From the NCBI RefSeq assembly GCF_026626745.1, contig NZ_JAPNJW010000002.1:1446151-1510150 (forward strand): 64,000 nt of DNA, written 5' to 3'. This document shows, in pieces, positions 55,024-64,000 of the stretch. Both the position numbers and the translations under genes were made by a program. The DNA is from Nannocystis sp. RBIL2. GTDB lineage: Bacteria; Myxococcota_A; Polyangia; Nannocystales; Nannocystaceae. The notes under the pieces were generated by a model that was not told the DNA's origin, made no database searches, and saw nothing but the letters and a program-made list of their open reading frames with translations. Positions within the stretch are counted from its first letter, which is position 1. The number at the start of each line of letters is the position of its first letter.

Positions 55024-56492
55024 ACCTCGAACCGATCAACTTCCTCCTCGTCGACGACACCGAGCAGAACCTCATCGCCCTCGAGGCGCTCCTGCGGCGC
55101 GACGGCCTCGACATCCTCACCGCGCGCAGCGGCTTCGAGGCGCTCGAGCTGCTGCTCGTCCACGACGTCGCCCTGGCCTTCCTCGACGTGCAGATGCCGG
55201 GGATGGACGGCTTCGAGCTGGCCGAATTGATGCGAGGCACCGAGCGCACCAAGAACGTGCCGATCATCTTCATCACCGCCGGCGCGCGCGACAGCGAGCG
55301 GGTGTTCCAGGGCTACGAGTCCGGCGCGGTCGACTTCCTGCACAAGCCGATCGACCCGCGGGTGCTGCGGAGCAAGGCCGACGTGTTCTTCGAGCTGTCG
55401 CGGCAGCGACGCGACTGCACCCACGCCCTGCGTCTCAACGAGATGTTCGTCGGGATCCTCGGCCACGACCTGCGCACCCCGCTGTCGGCGATCCAGACCG
55501 GCACCGAGATCCTCGAGCAGCTGGTGATCGACGACGACCAGCGCGGCATCTTGCGGCGCATGTTCGTCTCGAGCCACCGCATGAACGAGATGATCGAGCA
55601 GCTGCTCGACCTGACGCGCGCGCGGCTGGCCGGCGGCCTCGGCTTCGCGCGCGCGCGCCAGCGGGTCGACGTCGTCGAGCTCGTGCAGCGCGCCGTCGAC
55701 GAGCTGCGCACCACGCATTCGCAGCGCGAGGTCCGGGTCGAGACCCTCGGCGACACCGTCACCGCCGGCGACCCCGACCGCCTGGTCCAGGCGCTGTCGA
55801 ACCTGATCGGCAACGCGATCCAGCACGGCCACGCGGACGGCCCGATCGGCATCCGCGTGTTCGAGGACGGCCACCAGATCGCGGTCGAGATCCGCAACCG
55901 CGGCGTCATCCCGACCGAGCTCGTGCCGGTGCTGTTCGACCCGTTCCGCGGCCGCGACCACTCGCCCTCGCGCACCAACGCCCGCGGCCTCGGCCTCGGC
56001 CTCTATATCGCCCAGCAGATCGCCCAGGCCCACGGCGGCACCGTCTCCGTGATCTCGAGCGACGAGACCGACACCGTGTTCACGCTCCGCCTGCCGCGCG
56101 CCTCGCCCGAGCCCACGCTCGCCGATCGCCCGCATCGCGGCCACACCGTGCTGATCGCCGACGACGACGAGGCGACCCGCGAGAGCCTGCGCGAGGCCTT
56201 CGCCGGCGAGGGTTACGCGACCATGACCGCGGCCAACGGGCGCGACGCGCTCGATCAATTGCTGCACGCGCGGGTCAAGCCCGACCTCGTCATCCTCGAT
56301 CTGGTGATGCCGCTGCTCGAGGGCGGGCAGGTCTATCAGGCCATGCAGGCCGTCCCCGAGCTGGCGCGGATCCCCGTGATCGTGTCGACCTCCGATCCGG
56401 CCCGCGCCCCCGCCGGCACGATCCTGATCCCCAAGCCGGTCAAGCTCGGCCGCCTGCTCGACACCGCCGCGCGCCTCGTCCGCTCGCCCTGA
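55020..56492 (+). CDS. REC-HisKA-HATPase_c-REC hybrid histidine kinase / response regulator.
   Basis: The ATG overlaps the CheB stop (ATGA), with 'ggagg' upstream. N-terminal REC 'FLLVDDTEQN...FLDVQMPGMDG'. H-box 'GHDLRTPLSA'. 'LIGNAIQHG' and 'GLGLGLYIAQQIAQAHGG'. C-terminal REC 'VLIADDDEATRE...DLVILDLVMP'. Confidence 0.85.
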   Translation: MNLEPINFLLVDDTEQNLIALEALLRRDGLDILTARSGFEALELLLVHDVALAFLDVQMPGMDGFELAELMRGTERTKNVPIIFITAGARDSERVFQGYESGAVDFLHKPIDPRVLRSKADVFFELSRQRRDCTHALRLNEMFVGILGHDLRTPLSAIQTGTEILEQLVIDDDQRGILRRMFVSSHRMNEMIEQLLDLTRARLAGGLGFARARQRVDVVELVQRAVDELRTTHSQREVRVETLGDTVTAGDPDRLVQALSNLIGNAIQHGHADGPIGIRVFEDGHQIAVEIRNRGVIPTELVPVLFDPFRGRDHSPSRTNARGLGLGLYIAQQIAQAHGGTVSVISSDETDTVFTLRLPRASPEPTLADRPHRGHTVLIADDDEATRESLREAFAGEGYATMTAANGRDALDQLLHARVKPDLVILDLVMPLLEGGQVYQAMQAVPELARIPVIVSTSDPARAPAGTILIPKPVKLGRLLDTAARLVRSP

Positions 56493-56496
56493 CGCG

Positions 56497-57018
56497 CTAC
56501 TTCTGCCCCGCCTCGACGAGCGAGCGGGCCGCCTCGGGGCCGAGCATGCCGAGCACGCGGAAGCGCTTGCCCTCGAGCTCGTTGTAGTGGACGAAGAATT
56601 GCTCGAGGTCGGCCAGCGCGCGCGGGCTGATGTCCTGCACGCGCCGCAATTGCTCGTACGTGCGGGACGCCGCGCTGACCGCGAGGAAGCGGTCGTTGCG
56701 GACCGGCTCCTCGCCGGCGGCCGATTGCTCGGCGGTCATCACCCCGAGCAAGCGCGCCCGCACCAGGCAGCCGGCGAACGTCGGTTCGTCGGTGAGGACG
56801 AGCGCGTCGAGCGGGTCGCCGTCGCCGCCCTTGGTGCCGGGGATGAACCCGAACTCGAGCGGGAACGCCATCCCGGCCGGCAGCACCTTGTGAAGGGTGA
56901 AGGTCTCGAGCGCCGGGTCCCACTTGAATTTGCTGCGACTGCCGGCCGGCGACTCGATCACTGCGTGGACATCGCCTTCGACGAACGCCGGAATCCTTGC
57001 GAATCTGTCCCGCCACAT
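56497..57018 (-). CDS. ppa: Inorganic pyrophosphatase (family I).
   Basis: 'DGDPLDALV' and 'EFGFIPGTKGGDGDPLD' core motifs. Length 173 aa. ATG at 57018. Convergent with the upstream HK, with a 4-nt gap. Confidence 0.85.
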   Translation of the reverse strand: MWRDRFARIPAFVEGDVHAVIESPAGSRSKFKWDPALETFTLHKVLPAGMAFPLEFGFIPGTKGGDGDPLDALVLTDEPTFAGCLVRARLLGVMTAEQSAAGEEPVRNDRFLAVSAASRTYEQLRRVQDISPRALADLEQFFVHYNELEGKRFRVLGMLGPEAARSLVEAGQK

Positions 57019-57153
57019 GCTCGCCTCATAGCACTCGCCCGCAGGGCGTCGAATCGCCGGACTCATCCTTGAATGCCCCGACGAGCGAGCGGACGGCCGA
57101 GTCCGCACCGGGAACGTTCCCGGGCGTCCTACCGTCCAGGCCGCACTCGAGTC

Positions 57154-58335
57154 ATGCAGTGTCCCATGAAAGCACTGCGCTACCACGGGGCCCGCGACGT
57201 GCGGGTCGAGACCGTCCCCGATCCGCAGCTGGCAGACGCCAAGGACATGATCGTCAAGGTCACGGCTTGCGCGATCTGCGGCTCGGACCTCCACCTCTAC
57301 GACGGCCTGATTCCGACGCTGCAGAAGGGCGACATCCTCGGCCACGAGTTCATGGGCGAAGTGCTCGAGGTCGGCCGCGAGGTGCGCGACGTGCAGAAGG
57401 GCGACCGCGTGGTCGTGCCGTTCAACATCAGCTGCGGCGACTGCTTCTTCTGCAAGCGCCAGCTGTGGTCGCTGTGCGATCGCAGCAACCCCAACGCCGC
57501 CCTGGCGACCAAGCAATTCGGCGCCGCGCCGGCCGGCCTGTTCGGCTATTCGCACATGTTCGGCGGCTACCCGGGCGGCCAGGCCGAGTATGTGCGGGTG
57601 CCGTTCGCCGACGTCAACCACGTCAAGATCGAGACCGACCTCAGCGACGAGCAGGTGCTGTTCATCGGCGACATCTTCTCCACCGGCTTCATGGCGGTCG
57701 ACGTGTGCGACGTCCAGGAGGGCGACGTCGTCGCGGTGTGGGGCTGCGGGCCGGTCGGGCTGTTCGCGCTGAAGAGCGCCCTGATGCTGGGCGCCAAGCG
57801 GGTCATCGCCATCGACCGCTTCCCCGAGCGGCTCGAGCTGGCGCGGACGAAGTGCGACGCCACCCCGATCGACTACGAGAAGTCCGACGTCATCGAGGTC
57901 CTCAAGGAGCTGACCAGCGGGCGCGGGCCCGACATCTGCATCGACGCTGTCGGCATGGAGGCGCACGGCCACGGCCTCGAGTTCTGGTACGACCGGGTCA
58001 AGCAGGCGGTCGGCCTGCAGACCGACCGTCCGACCGCCCTGCGCCAGGCCGTCATGGCCTGCCGCAAGGGCGGCACCGTCTCGGTCCCCGGCGTCTACGG
58101 CGGCCCCATCGACCACTTCCCGTTCGGCGCCGCCTTCAACAAGGGGCTGACGCTCAAGATGGGCCAGACCCACACCCACCGCTACGCCCCGGCCCTGCTG
58201 CAGCGGATCGCCGCCGGCGAGATCGACCCGTCCTTCATCATCACCCACCGCCTCCACCTCGAGGAGGCGCCGAAGGGCTACGACATCTTCCAGCACAAGA
58301 AAGAAGGCTGCATCAAGGTCGTGCTCAAGCCGTGA
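57154..58335 (+). CDS. Zn-dependent alcohol dehydrogenase family protein (MDR superfamily, formaldehyde-dehydrogenase-like).
   Basis: 'CAICGSDLH' zinc motif. 'GHEFMGEV'. Structural-Zn Cys cluster '[15 protein letters not shown]'. Rossmann 'VWGCGPVGL'. An alternative ATG lies at 57166. Confidence 0.85.
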   Translation: MQCPMKALRYHGARDVRVETVPDPQLADAKDMIVKVTACAICGSDLHLYDGLIPTLQKGDILGHEFMGEVLEVGREVRDVQKGDRVVVPFNISCGDCFFCKRQLWSLCDRSNPNAALATKQFGAAPAGLFGYSHMFGGYPGGQAEYVRVPFADVNHVKIETDLSDEQVLFIGDIFSTGFMAVDVCDVQEGDVVAVWGCGPVGLFALKSALMLGAKRVIAIDRFPERLELARTKCDATPIDYEKSDVIEVLKELTSGRGPDICIDAVGMEAHGHGLEFWYDRVKQAVGLQTDRPTALRQAVMACRKGGTVSVPGVYGGPIDHFPFGAAFNKGLTLKMGQTHTHRYAPALLQRIAAGEIDPSFIITHRLHLEEAPKGYDIFQHKKEGCIKVVLKP

Positions 58336-58414
58336 GCCACGACGTGAACGAGAGAGCATGTCTCCATGGACATGCCCTATCGCGCATGTCCTGAAGTTCA
58401 TCTCGTCGCCCGGC

Positions 58415-59698
58415 TCACTCCGGGCGCTCGCTCGGCCCGTCCTGCCCGCTCGCCGGCTCGTACAGCGGCAGCGCCAGGCGGAAGCAGGCCCCGGGCCCGT
58501 CCGCGTCCTCGACCACCAGCGTGCCGCCGTGCGCCTGCACGATGCTGCGCGCCAGGTAGAGGCCGAGGCCGAGGCCGAACGACTTCGGCCCGAGGGCGAA
58601 GCGGTCGAACAGCGTCGGCAGGAGCTCGACGGGGATGCCGGGCCCGAAGTCGCGGACGCGGACGAGGCTCCAGTTGGCGCCGTCGAACCGGTCGCGCCGG
58701 ATCGTCAGCGACAGCCCCGCCCCCTCCGGAGAGTGGGTGATCGCGTTGTGCAGCAGGTTCTCGAGCGCCTGCCTCAGCGCGTCGGGGTCGGCCCGCGCCA
58801 TCACCTGCGGCGGCGCCTCGATCTCGATCGCCTGCCCGCCGACGGCGAACAGCGCGGCGGTGCTGCGGGTGAGCTCGACGAGGTCGACGACCTGCAGCCG
58901 GAGGTCGAACAGGCCGCGCTCGATCCGCTCGACGCTGAGGAGGTTGGACAGCACCCGCCCCAGCCGCTCGACCCCGCGGCGCGCCTTGCTCAGCTCGTCG
59001 ACGTCCGCCGCCCGCGCCTCCGCCTCCGCCCGCACCGTCAGCACGTCCAGCCGCGCGGCCAGCGGCGCGATCAGGTTGCGCAGGTCGTGCGCCACGACCG
59101 ACACCAGCTCCTCGGCCGTCCGCTGGCGCGCGCGCTCGGCGGCCACGCGGGTGGCCTCCTCGACCAGCTCAGCGCGGTGCGTCACCACCCCGACCCAGTG
59201 GGCGACTGCGGCCAGGAACTCGAGGTCGCTCCAGCGGTACTTGTTCCGGGTCGCGGCCGTCACCATCAGCACCCCGCGGCGCTTGCCTTGCACCTCGATC
59301 GGCACTGCGATCGTCGACTGCACCTTGAGCCCCTCCTTGATCCCCTGCAGCTCGCCGGCGTCGGCCTGCACGTCGTCGCAGAAGTAGCGCTCGCCGGTCT
59401 GGAACACCTCGACGGCGCGGCCCCCGTTGCTCATCGGCACGCGATCGAGGCCGAGCGCGCGCTGGCGGCGGGACATCGGCGAATCATTGGTCCCGAGCGC
59501 CACCAGCGAATCGCGTGCGGCGTCGTGCAGGAACGCGTCGACCTTGTCCGTCTCGACCACGGACGCCACGACCTCGCAGGCCTCGACGAGGGTCTCGCGG
59601 ACCGACGTGACCGGCAACGCGAGCAGCCGCGTCAGCGCCACGAACAGCGGCGGTTGGGGCGCGCAGGCACTGGTGGCAGTGTCGAGCTGTTCGATCAT
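58415..59698 (-). CDS. GAF-domain sensor histidine kinase.
   Basis: ATG at 59698 confirmed on the sequence. GAF-like N-terminus. H-box 'AHDLRNLIAPL'. N box 'LLHNAITHS'. G boxes 'DFGPGIP' and 'GLGLGLYLARSIVQAHGG'. Confidence 0.85.
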   Translation of the reverse strand: MIEQLDTATSACAPQPPLFVALTRLLALPVTSVRETLVEACEVVASVVETDKVDAFLHDAARDSLVALGTNDSPMSRRQRALGLDRVPMSNGGRAVEVFQTGERYFCDDVQADAGELQGIKEGLKVQSTIAVPIEVQGKRRGVLMVTAATRNKYRWSDLEFLAAVAHWVGVVTHRAELVEEATRVAAERARQRTAEELVSVVAHDLRNLIAPLAARLDVLTVRAEAEARAADVDELSKARRGVERLGRVLSNLLSVERIERGLFDLRLQVVDLVELTRSTAALFAVGGQAIEIEAPPQVMARADPDALRQALENLLHNAITHSPEGAGLSLTIRRDRFDGANWSLVRVRDFGPGIPVELLPTLFDRFALGPKSFGLGLGLYLARSIVQAHGGTLVVEDADGPGACFRLALPLYEPASGQDGPSERPE

Positions 59699-60060
59699 GG
59701 AGCGCACGGGCGTCGTGCAGGCCTGACCGTAGGGCCAACCTCGGTGGATGGCGAGCCGCGCTCCCCGGCGGCCGGCGGGCGCAGGGAGGAACTCCGCCCG
59801 CCGAATCATCGCGGGGATGCGGGGGGTCCGGGCGCAGGAGACGCCCCGTCCGCCGCTTGCGCCACCGCCGGGAAAATCCCCGGGGGACCGACGCCGCAAA
59901 CCGACTGCCCTGCTGGATCGATCTGGCCCGCCGCGCGCCCCGGCCGCCTCGGCTCCCTGCTGTGATTGCCTCGAGGACATGTCCGATCGACCCTATCGTA
60001 CATGGCCGAACCCGCCGGCCCTCGCTGGCGCGCCCACGAATCGCCCGCATACTGCGCGGG

Positions 60061-61053
60061 ATGAGGCGCGTGGGCGAATCGAGGGTCGCGGTCGTCACCG
60101 GCGCGTCGAGCGGGCTCGGGCGGGCGACCGCGTACGGCCTGGCGGAGCGCGGCTGGCGGGTCGCTCTGGCCGCGCGCCGCGAGGGCGAGCTCGAGCGCAC
60201 CGCCGCGGGCTGCCGCGAGCGCGGCGGCGAGGCGCTGGTGGTCCCGACCGACGTCACCCACGAGGACGCGGTGATGCACCTGGCCGAGGCGACCCTGTCG
60301 ACCTGGGGCCGCATCGACGCGTGGATCAACAACGCCGGCGTGACCCTGTTCGCCCCGCTCGAGGGCGGCTCGCTCGCGGATCACCGCCAGGTGATCGAGA
60401 CCAACCTCCACGGCGCCCTGCACGGCGCGCGCGCGGTGGTCCCGGTGTTTCGCCGTCAGGGTCGCGGCACGCTGATCAACATCGGCTCGGTGCTCAGCAA
60501 GATCGGCCACGCCTTCGTGCCGTCCTACGTGATCAGCAAGTTCGCGCTGCACGGCCTGTCCGAGGCGCTGCGCGTCGAGCTGGCCGAGTGCCCCGACATC
60601 CACGTCTGCACCGTCTTCCCCTACGCGATCGACACGCCGCACTTCCAGGTCGCGGCCAACGACCTCGGTCGCCACGTCAACGCCATGCCCCCGGTGCAGT
60701 CGCCCGACCAGGTCGCGTGCGCCGTGGTCGACCTCGTCGAACACCCCCGGCGCCAGCGCTTCGTGCCGCGGATCGCCGAGCTCGGCCTGGTCATCCACCG
60801 CGTCTTCCCGCGCACCATGGAGCGGCTGCTCTACCGCGCGCTCGGACGGTTTCACCTCGGCGCACCCGAGCCGCCCGTCGAGGGCAACCTGTTCCGCCCC
60901 ACGGGCGAGCACGCGGCGGTCCGCGGCCACCGCCCGCCGCGGCTCGGCACCCCGGCGTTCCTCGCCTGGACCGCGCGCGAGCTGCTGCGCATCGAACTCG
61001 ACGCCGCCCGCCACCGCCTCAAAAAATGGCACGTGACGCGTATGACGCAGTGA
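60061..61053 (+). CDS. SDR-family oxidoreductase.
   Basis: '[14 protein letters not shown]'. 'NNAGV'. Catalytic 'YVISK'. Confidence 0.85.
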   Translation: MRRVGESRVAVVTGASSGLGRATAYGLAERGWRVALAARREGELERTAAGCRERGGEALVVPTDVTHEDAVMHLAEATLSTWGRIDAWINNAGVTLFAPLEGGSLADHRQVIETNLHGALHGARAVVPVFRRQGRGTLINIGSVLSKIGHAFVPSYVISKFALHGLSEALRVELAECPDIHVCTVFPYAIDTPHFQVAANDLGRHVNAMPPVQSPDQVACAVVDLVEHPRRQRFVPRIAELGLVIHRVFPRTMERLLYRALGRFHLGAPEPPVEGNLFRPTGEHAAVRGHRPPRLGTPAFLAWTARELLRIELDAARHRLKKWHVTRMTQ

Positions 61054-62450
61054 TCGTCGGCGCCGGGCCCAACGGCCTGGCCGCCGCGATCACCCTGGCC
61101 GCCGCGGGCCTTTCGACCCTCGTCGTCGAGGCCGGCGCGACCCCGGGCGGCGGCTGTCGCTCGGCCGAGCTCACCCTGCCCGGCTTCGTCCACGATCCCT
61201 GCGCCTCGATCCACCCGCTCGGCGTGGCCTCGCCGTACTTCCGCACCTTGCCGCTCGCGCGTCACGGCCTGGCGTGGATCGAGCCGCCGACCCCGCTCGT
61301 GCACCTCCTGAACGACGGCCGGGCCGTGCGCCTCGAGCGGTCGATCGCCGCCACCGCGGAGCAGTTCGGCGCCGACGCCCAGGCCTACAGCGACCTCGTC
61401 GCGCCGTTCGTCGAGCGCTTCGACGCCCTGCTGCCGATGATCCTCGGCCCGCTGCGCTGGCCCGCAGATCCGCTGCTCCTGGCCCGCTTCGGCGTGTACG
61501 GCCTGCGGTCGATGCAGGGCCTCGCGCGGCGCTTCGCCGAAGAGCCCGCGCGCGGCTTGCTGGCCGGCATCGCCGCCCACGCGATGGTCCCTCTCGACGC
61601 CCCCGCCACCGCCGCGTTCGCCCTGGTGCTGACGATCGCCGCGCACGCGGTGGGCTGGCCGCTCGCCCGCGGCGGCTCGCAGGCGATCGTCGACGCCCTC
61701 GTCGCGCACCTGCGCGAGCTCGGCGGCGAGCTCGAGCTGAACCACGAGGTCGCCCACGTCTCCGAGCTGCCGCCGGCCCGCGCCTACCTGTTCGACGTCT
61801 CGCCGCGGCGCCTCGCCACCATCACCGCCGGCCGCCTGCCCTCCGCCTACCTGCGCCGCCTCGGCCGCTTCCGCTACGGCCCCGGCGTCTACAAGCTCGA
61901 CTGGGCCCTGCAGGCGCCGATCCCCTGGCGCGATCCGGCCTGTGCGCGCGCCGGCACCGTCCACCTCTCGGGCTCCCTCGAGGCAGTCGCCGACACCCTC
62001 GTCCACGTCCACCGCGGCGCCGTCGCGGCCGAGCCGTTCGTCTTGCTCGCGCAGCCGACCCTGTTCGACGCCGGCCGCGCACCGCCGGGCATGCACACCG
62101 CCTGGGCCTACTGTCACGTGCCGCACGGCTCGGCCATCGACGTCGGCGCGCGGATCGAGGCCCACGTCGAGCGCTTCGCCCCCGGCTTCCGCGACGTCAT
62201 CGTCGCCCGCTCGGCCCGCACCGCCGTCGACATGGCCCGCTACAACCCCAACTACGTGGGCGGCGACATCAACGGCGGCCTCGCCGATCTGCGCCAGCTG
62301 TTCTTTCGCCCGCTCGTCCGCGCCGATCCGTACACCACCCCCGCACCCGACATCTTCCTCTGCTCCTCGTCGACGCCCCCGGGCGGCGGCGTCCACGGGA
62401 TGTGCGGCCACGCCTGCGCGCGCAGCGTGCTCGCGCGGGTGTTCGCGTGA
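61026..62450 (+). CDS. NAD(P)/FAD-dependent oxidoreductase of the phytoene-desaturase / amine-oxidase-like family.
   Basis: Dinucleotide-binding motif '[29 protein letters not shown]'. It overlaps the SDR 3' end by 28 nt in a different frame. Confidence 0.75.
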   Translation: MARDAYDAVIVGAGPNGLAAAITLAAAGLSTLVVEAGATPGGGCRSAELTLPGFVHDPCASIHPLGVASPYFRTLPLARHGLAWIEPPTPLVHLLNDGRAVRLERSIAATAEQFGADAQAYSDLVAPFVERFDALLPMILGPLRWPADPLLLARFGVYGLRSMQGLARRFAEEPARGLLAGIAAHAMVPLDAPATAAFALVLTIAAHAVGWPLARGGSQAIVDALVAHLRELGGELELNHEVAHVSELPPARAYLFDVSPRRLATITAGRLPSAYLRRLGRFRYGPGVYKLDWALQAPIPWRDPACARAGTVHLSGSLEAVADTLVHVHRGAVAAEPFVLLAQPTLFDAGRAPPGMHTAWAYCHVPHGSAIDVGARIEAHVERFAPGFRDVIVARSARTAVDMARYNPNYVGGDINGGLADLRQLFFRPLVRADPYTTPAPDIFLCSSSTPPGGGVHGMCGHACARSVLARVFA

Positions 62451-62468
62451 TCGATCACCCTGTCGGGC

Positions 62469-63275
62469 ATGACGCGGATCCTGTCCCTCAACATCGGCGG
62501 CTACGACGAGCGGCACGGCCCGTGGAGCGCTCGCCGGCCGCTCGTCGCCGCCGTGCTCGCCGAGCAGCGGCCCGACCTCGTCGCCTTGCAGGCCGTCGCG
62601 CGCGACCCGGCGATCGAAGGCGGCAGCGACCAGGCGAGCCAGCTCGCGCGCGACGTCGGCGGTTACGAGGTCGTCTACCGCCCCGCCGCGGCGGACGCGG
62701 ACGGCCGTGAACTCGGCCTCGCCTTGCTGTCGCCGGCGCCCGCGCTGGCCGTGCACGTCCGCCCGCTGACGCGCCGCGACGGCGACGACGACCCGTTCGA
62801 CCGCGTCCTGCTGCACTGCGTGTTCGCGTGGCCGCGCGGCCCGCTGCACGTCCTGTGTGCCCATTTGTCGTGGACCGAGGCGCAGGCGCGCGACAACGTC
62901 GGCGAGCTCCTCGGATACCTCGCCGCGGTCCCCGGCCCCAGGCTGCTCCTCGGCGACTTCAACCAGACGCCCACCAGCGACGCGCTCGCCCGCCTGCTGC
63001 GCGCCGGCCTCGTCGACGCCTGGGCCGCGCTGCGCCCCGACCTCCCGGGTCACACCTTTTACGAGCACGGCGCCCTGCGCAAACGCATCGATTATCTGCT
63101 GCTCGACCGCGGCCTCGCCTCGCGCCTCTGCGACGTCTCGCTCGTCCTCGACGGGCCGGGCGAGCGGCGGGCCTCCGATCACGCCGGCCTGCTCGCGCGG
63201 CTCGCCAGCGGCGACGAGCGGGCGGACGTCAGCGAATCGACGGACCAGGGTTTAGGTCAGCCCGCGCCCCGCTGA
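62469..63275 (+). CDS. Endonuclease/exonuclease/phosphatase (EEP) family protein.
   Basis: 'ILSLNIGGY', 'LVALQAV', 'LLLGDFNQTP' and the C-terminal 'SDHAGLLARL' are EEP catalytic motifs. Confidence 0.75.
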   Translation: MTRILSLNIGGYDERHGPWSARRPLVAAVLAEQRPDLVALQAVARDPAIEGGSDQASQLARDVGGYEVVYRPAAADADGRELGLALLSPAPALAVHVRPLTRRDGDDDPFDRVLLHCVFAWPRGPLHVLCAHLSWTEAQARDNVGELLGYLAAVPGPRLLLGDFNQTPTSDALARLLRAGLVDAWAALRPDLPGHTFYEHGALRKRIDYLLLDRGLASRLCDVSLVLDGPGERRASDHAGLLARLASGDERADVSESTDQGLGQPAPR

Positions 63276-63366
63276 CCCCAATCGGCGCAGTCGGCGAAAA
63301 TCACACGACCCCGCGATATGGGCCGACCGGGCGGGATTCGACTGGCCCCATCCGATCGACCGTGTC

Positions 63367-63849
63367 ATGAACGGCCCGATGATCGAAACCGCTCAAGACC
63401 CCACCATCTACCAGGTGATCCGCGAGCAGCACCGCGTCGTCGCGGAGCTGCTCGCCGCGCTGGCGCGCGAGCAGGACGTCGCGCGCGGGCAGCAGCTGTT
63501 CGGCCAGGTCCGCGACGCGCTCGAGCGCCACGCGCGGGCCGAGGAGGCCGTGTTCTACGACATCCTCGCCCAGCAGGACGCGCAGGGCAAAGCGCTGGTC
63601 AAGGACGCCGAGCGCGACCACGCGCAAGTCCGGCAGCAGCTCGCCGAGCTCGAGGCGATGCGGGCCGACGACGACAAATGGGCGACGAAGGTCGAGGCGC
63701 TCACGCGCAGCGTCAGCGAGCACGTCGAATTCGAGGAGAGCACGATCTTCGCCGCGGTCGAGGCCATCCTCGACGACGATCAGGCGCGCACGCTCGCCGA
63801 GACCTTCGAGGCGCTCGAGTCGCGGGTCGAGCCCGAGGCCGCCGCGTGA
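63367..63849 (+). CDS. Hemerythrin HHE cation-binding domain protein.
   Basis: Paired 'H..EE' motifs 'LERHARAEEAVFYD' and 'VSEHVEFEESTIF' in a 4-helix arrangement. Confidence 0.7.
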   Translation: MNGPMIETAQDPTIYQVIREQHRVVAELLAALAREQDVARGQQLFGQVRDALERHARAEEAVFYDILAQQDAQGKALVKDAERDHAQVRQQLAELEAMRADDDKWATKVEALTRSVSEHVEFEESTIFAAVEAILDDDQARTLAETFEALESRVEPEAAA

Positions 63850-63894
63850 TCGTCCGACTGTGATGATTGACGATTCGCCGGGCAGAGGTCGCCA

Positions 63895-64000
63895 ATGAGC
63901 GGAGTCGTATCACCGGAGTTCGCGCTCGCCTCGCCGGCGAGGGAGCCGGACCTGCGCTTGCGGATCGGCGGACAGGTCCGCCCGCCGCGCGAGGTCGTGG
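63895..64000 (+). CDS. Start of an unidentified ORF, 3'-truncated by the window.
   Basis: ATG at 63895. The frame is open to the window end. Too short to classify. Confidence 0.25.
   Translation, partial: MSGVVSPEFALASPAREPDLRLRIGGQVRPPREVV

Noticed and set aside
59748-61025. 5' part of the long ORF 59748..62450 upstream of the FAD oxidoreductase.
   Set aside because: It is Arg/Pro-rich shadow sequence overlapping the SDR gene. The oxidoreductase begins at ATG 61026 with a canonical dinucleotide-binding motif.

Overview
High-GC (about 70%) chromosomal segment with a clearly myxobacterial character (probably Polyangiaceae/Sorangium-like). The evidence is the lineage-typical Cys-rich 'CGDG...ECDDGN' repeats, many lipoproteins with Thr/Ser-rich linkers, and a giant TPR protein. 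I can support about 40 genes. No transposase, integrase, CRISPR array or rRNA/tRNA gene is visible.

Genes, in order:
- a 5'-truncated giant sensor kinase (AAA ATPase-GAF-HisKA-HATPase);
- an EF-hand lipoprotein;
- an MFS transporter;
- a protein with an SMI1/KNR4-like C-terminus;
- a PAP2 phosphatase;
- a ferritin-like lipoprotein;
- a 9.6-kb gene for a roughly 3,200-aa TPR protein;
- an island of secreted Cys-rich, DUF1554 and LRR lipoproteins;
- a single-polypeptide ECF sigma factor fused to a TM helix, carboxypeptidase-regulatory-like repeats and a PDZ domain;
- several hypothetical proteins;
- a second ECF sigma factor with a C-terminal membrane anchor;
- GST, LysR and SDR genes;
- a thrombospondin-type-3 lipoprotein;
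- csbD;
- a translationally coupled four-gene module: CHASE3-GAF hybrid HK(3xREC), CheR, CheB (catalytic domain only), REC-HK-REC, with no MCP;
- inorganic pyrophosphatase, Zn-ADH, a GAF histidine kinase, SDR, an FAD oxidoreductase, an EEP nuclease/phosphatase and a hemerythrin-like protein.

Most notable for the hunt:
1. two membrane-tethered ECF sigma factors, one fused to a large extracytoplasmic PDZ-terminated sensor;
2. the MCP-less HK-CheR-CheB-HK methylation module;
3. a 1.1-kb structured-repeat region upstream of the giant TPR gene (duplicated ~90-bp element, a 42-bp-arm palindrome, a T8 tract);
4. a small acidic-protein gene flanked upstream by three GACCTG-N10-CAGGTC operator-like palindromes and downstream by three decaying tandem copies of its own 3' end.
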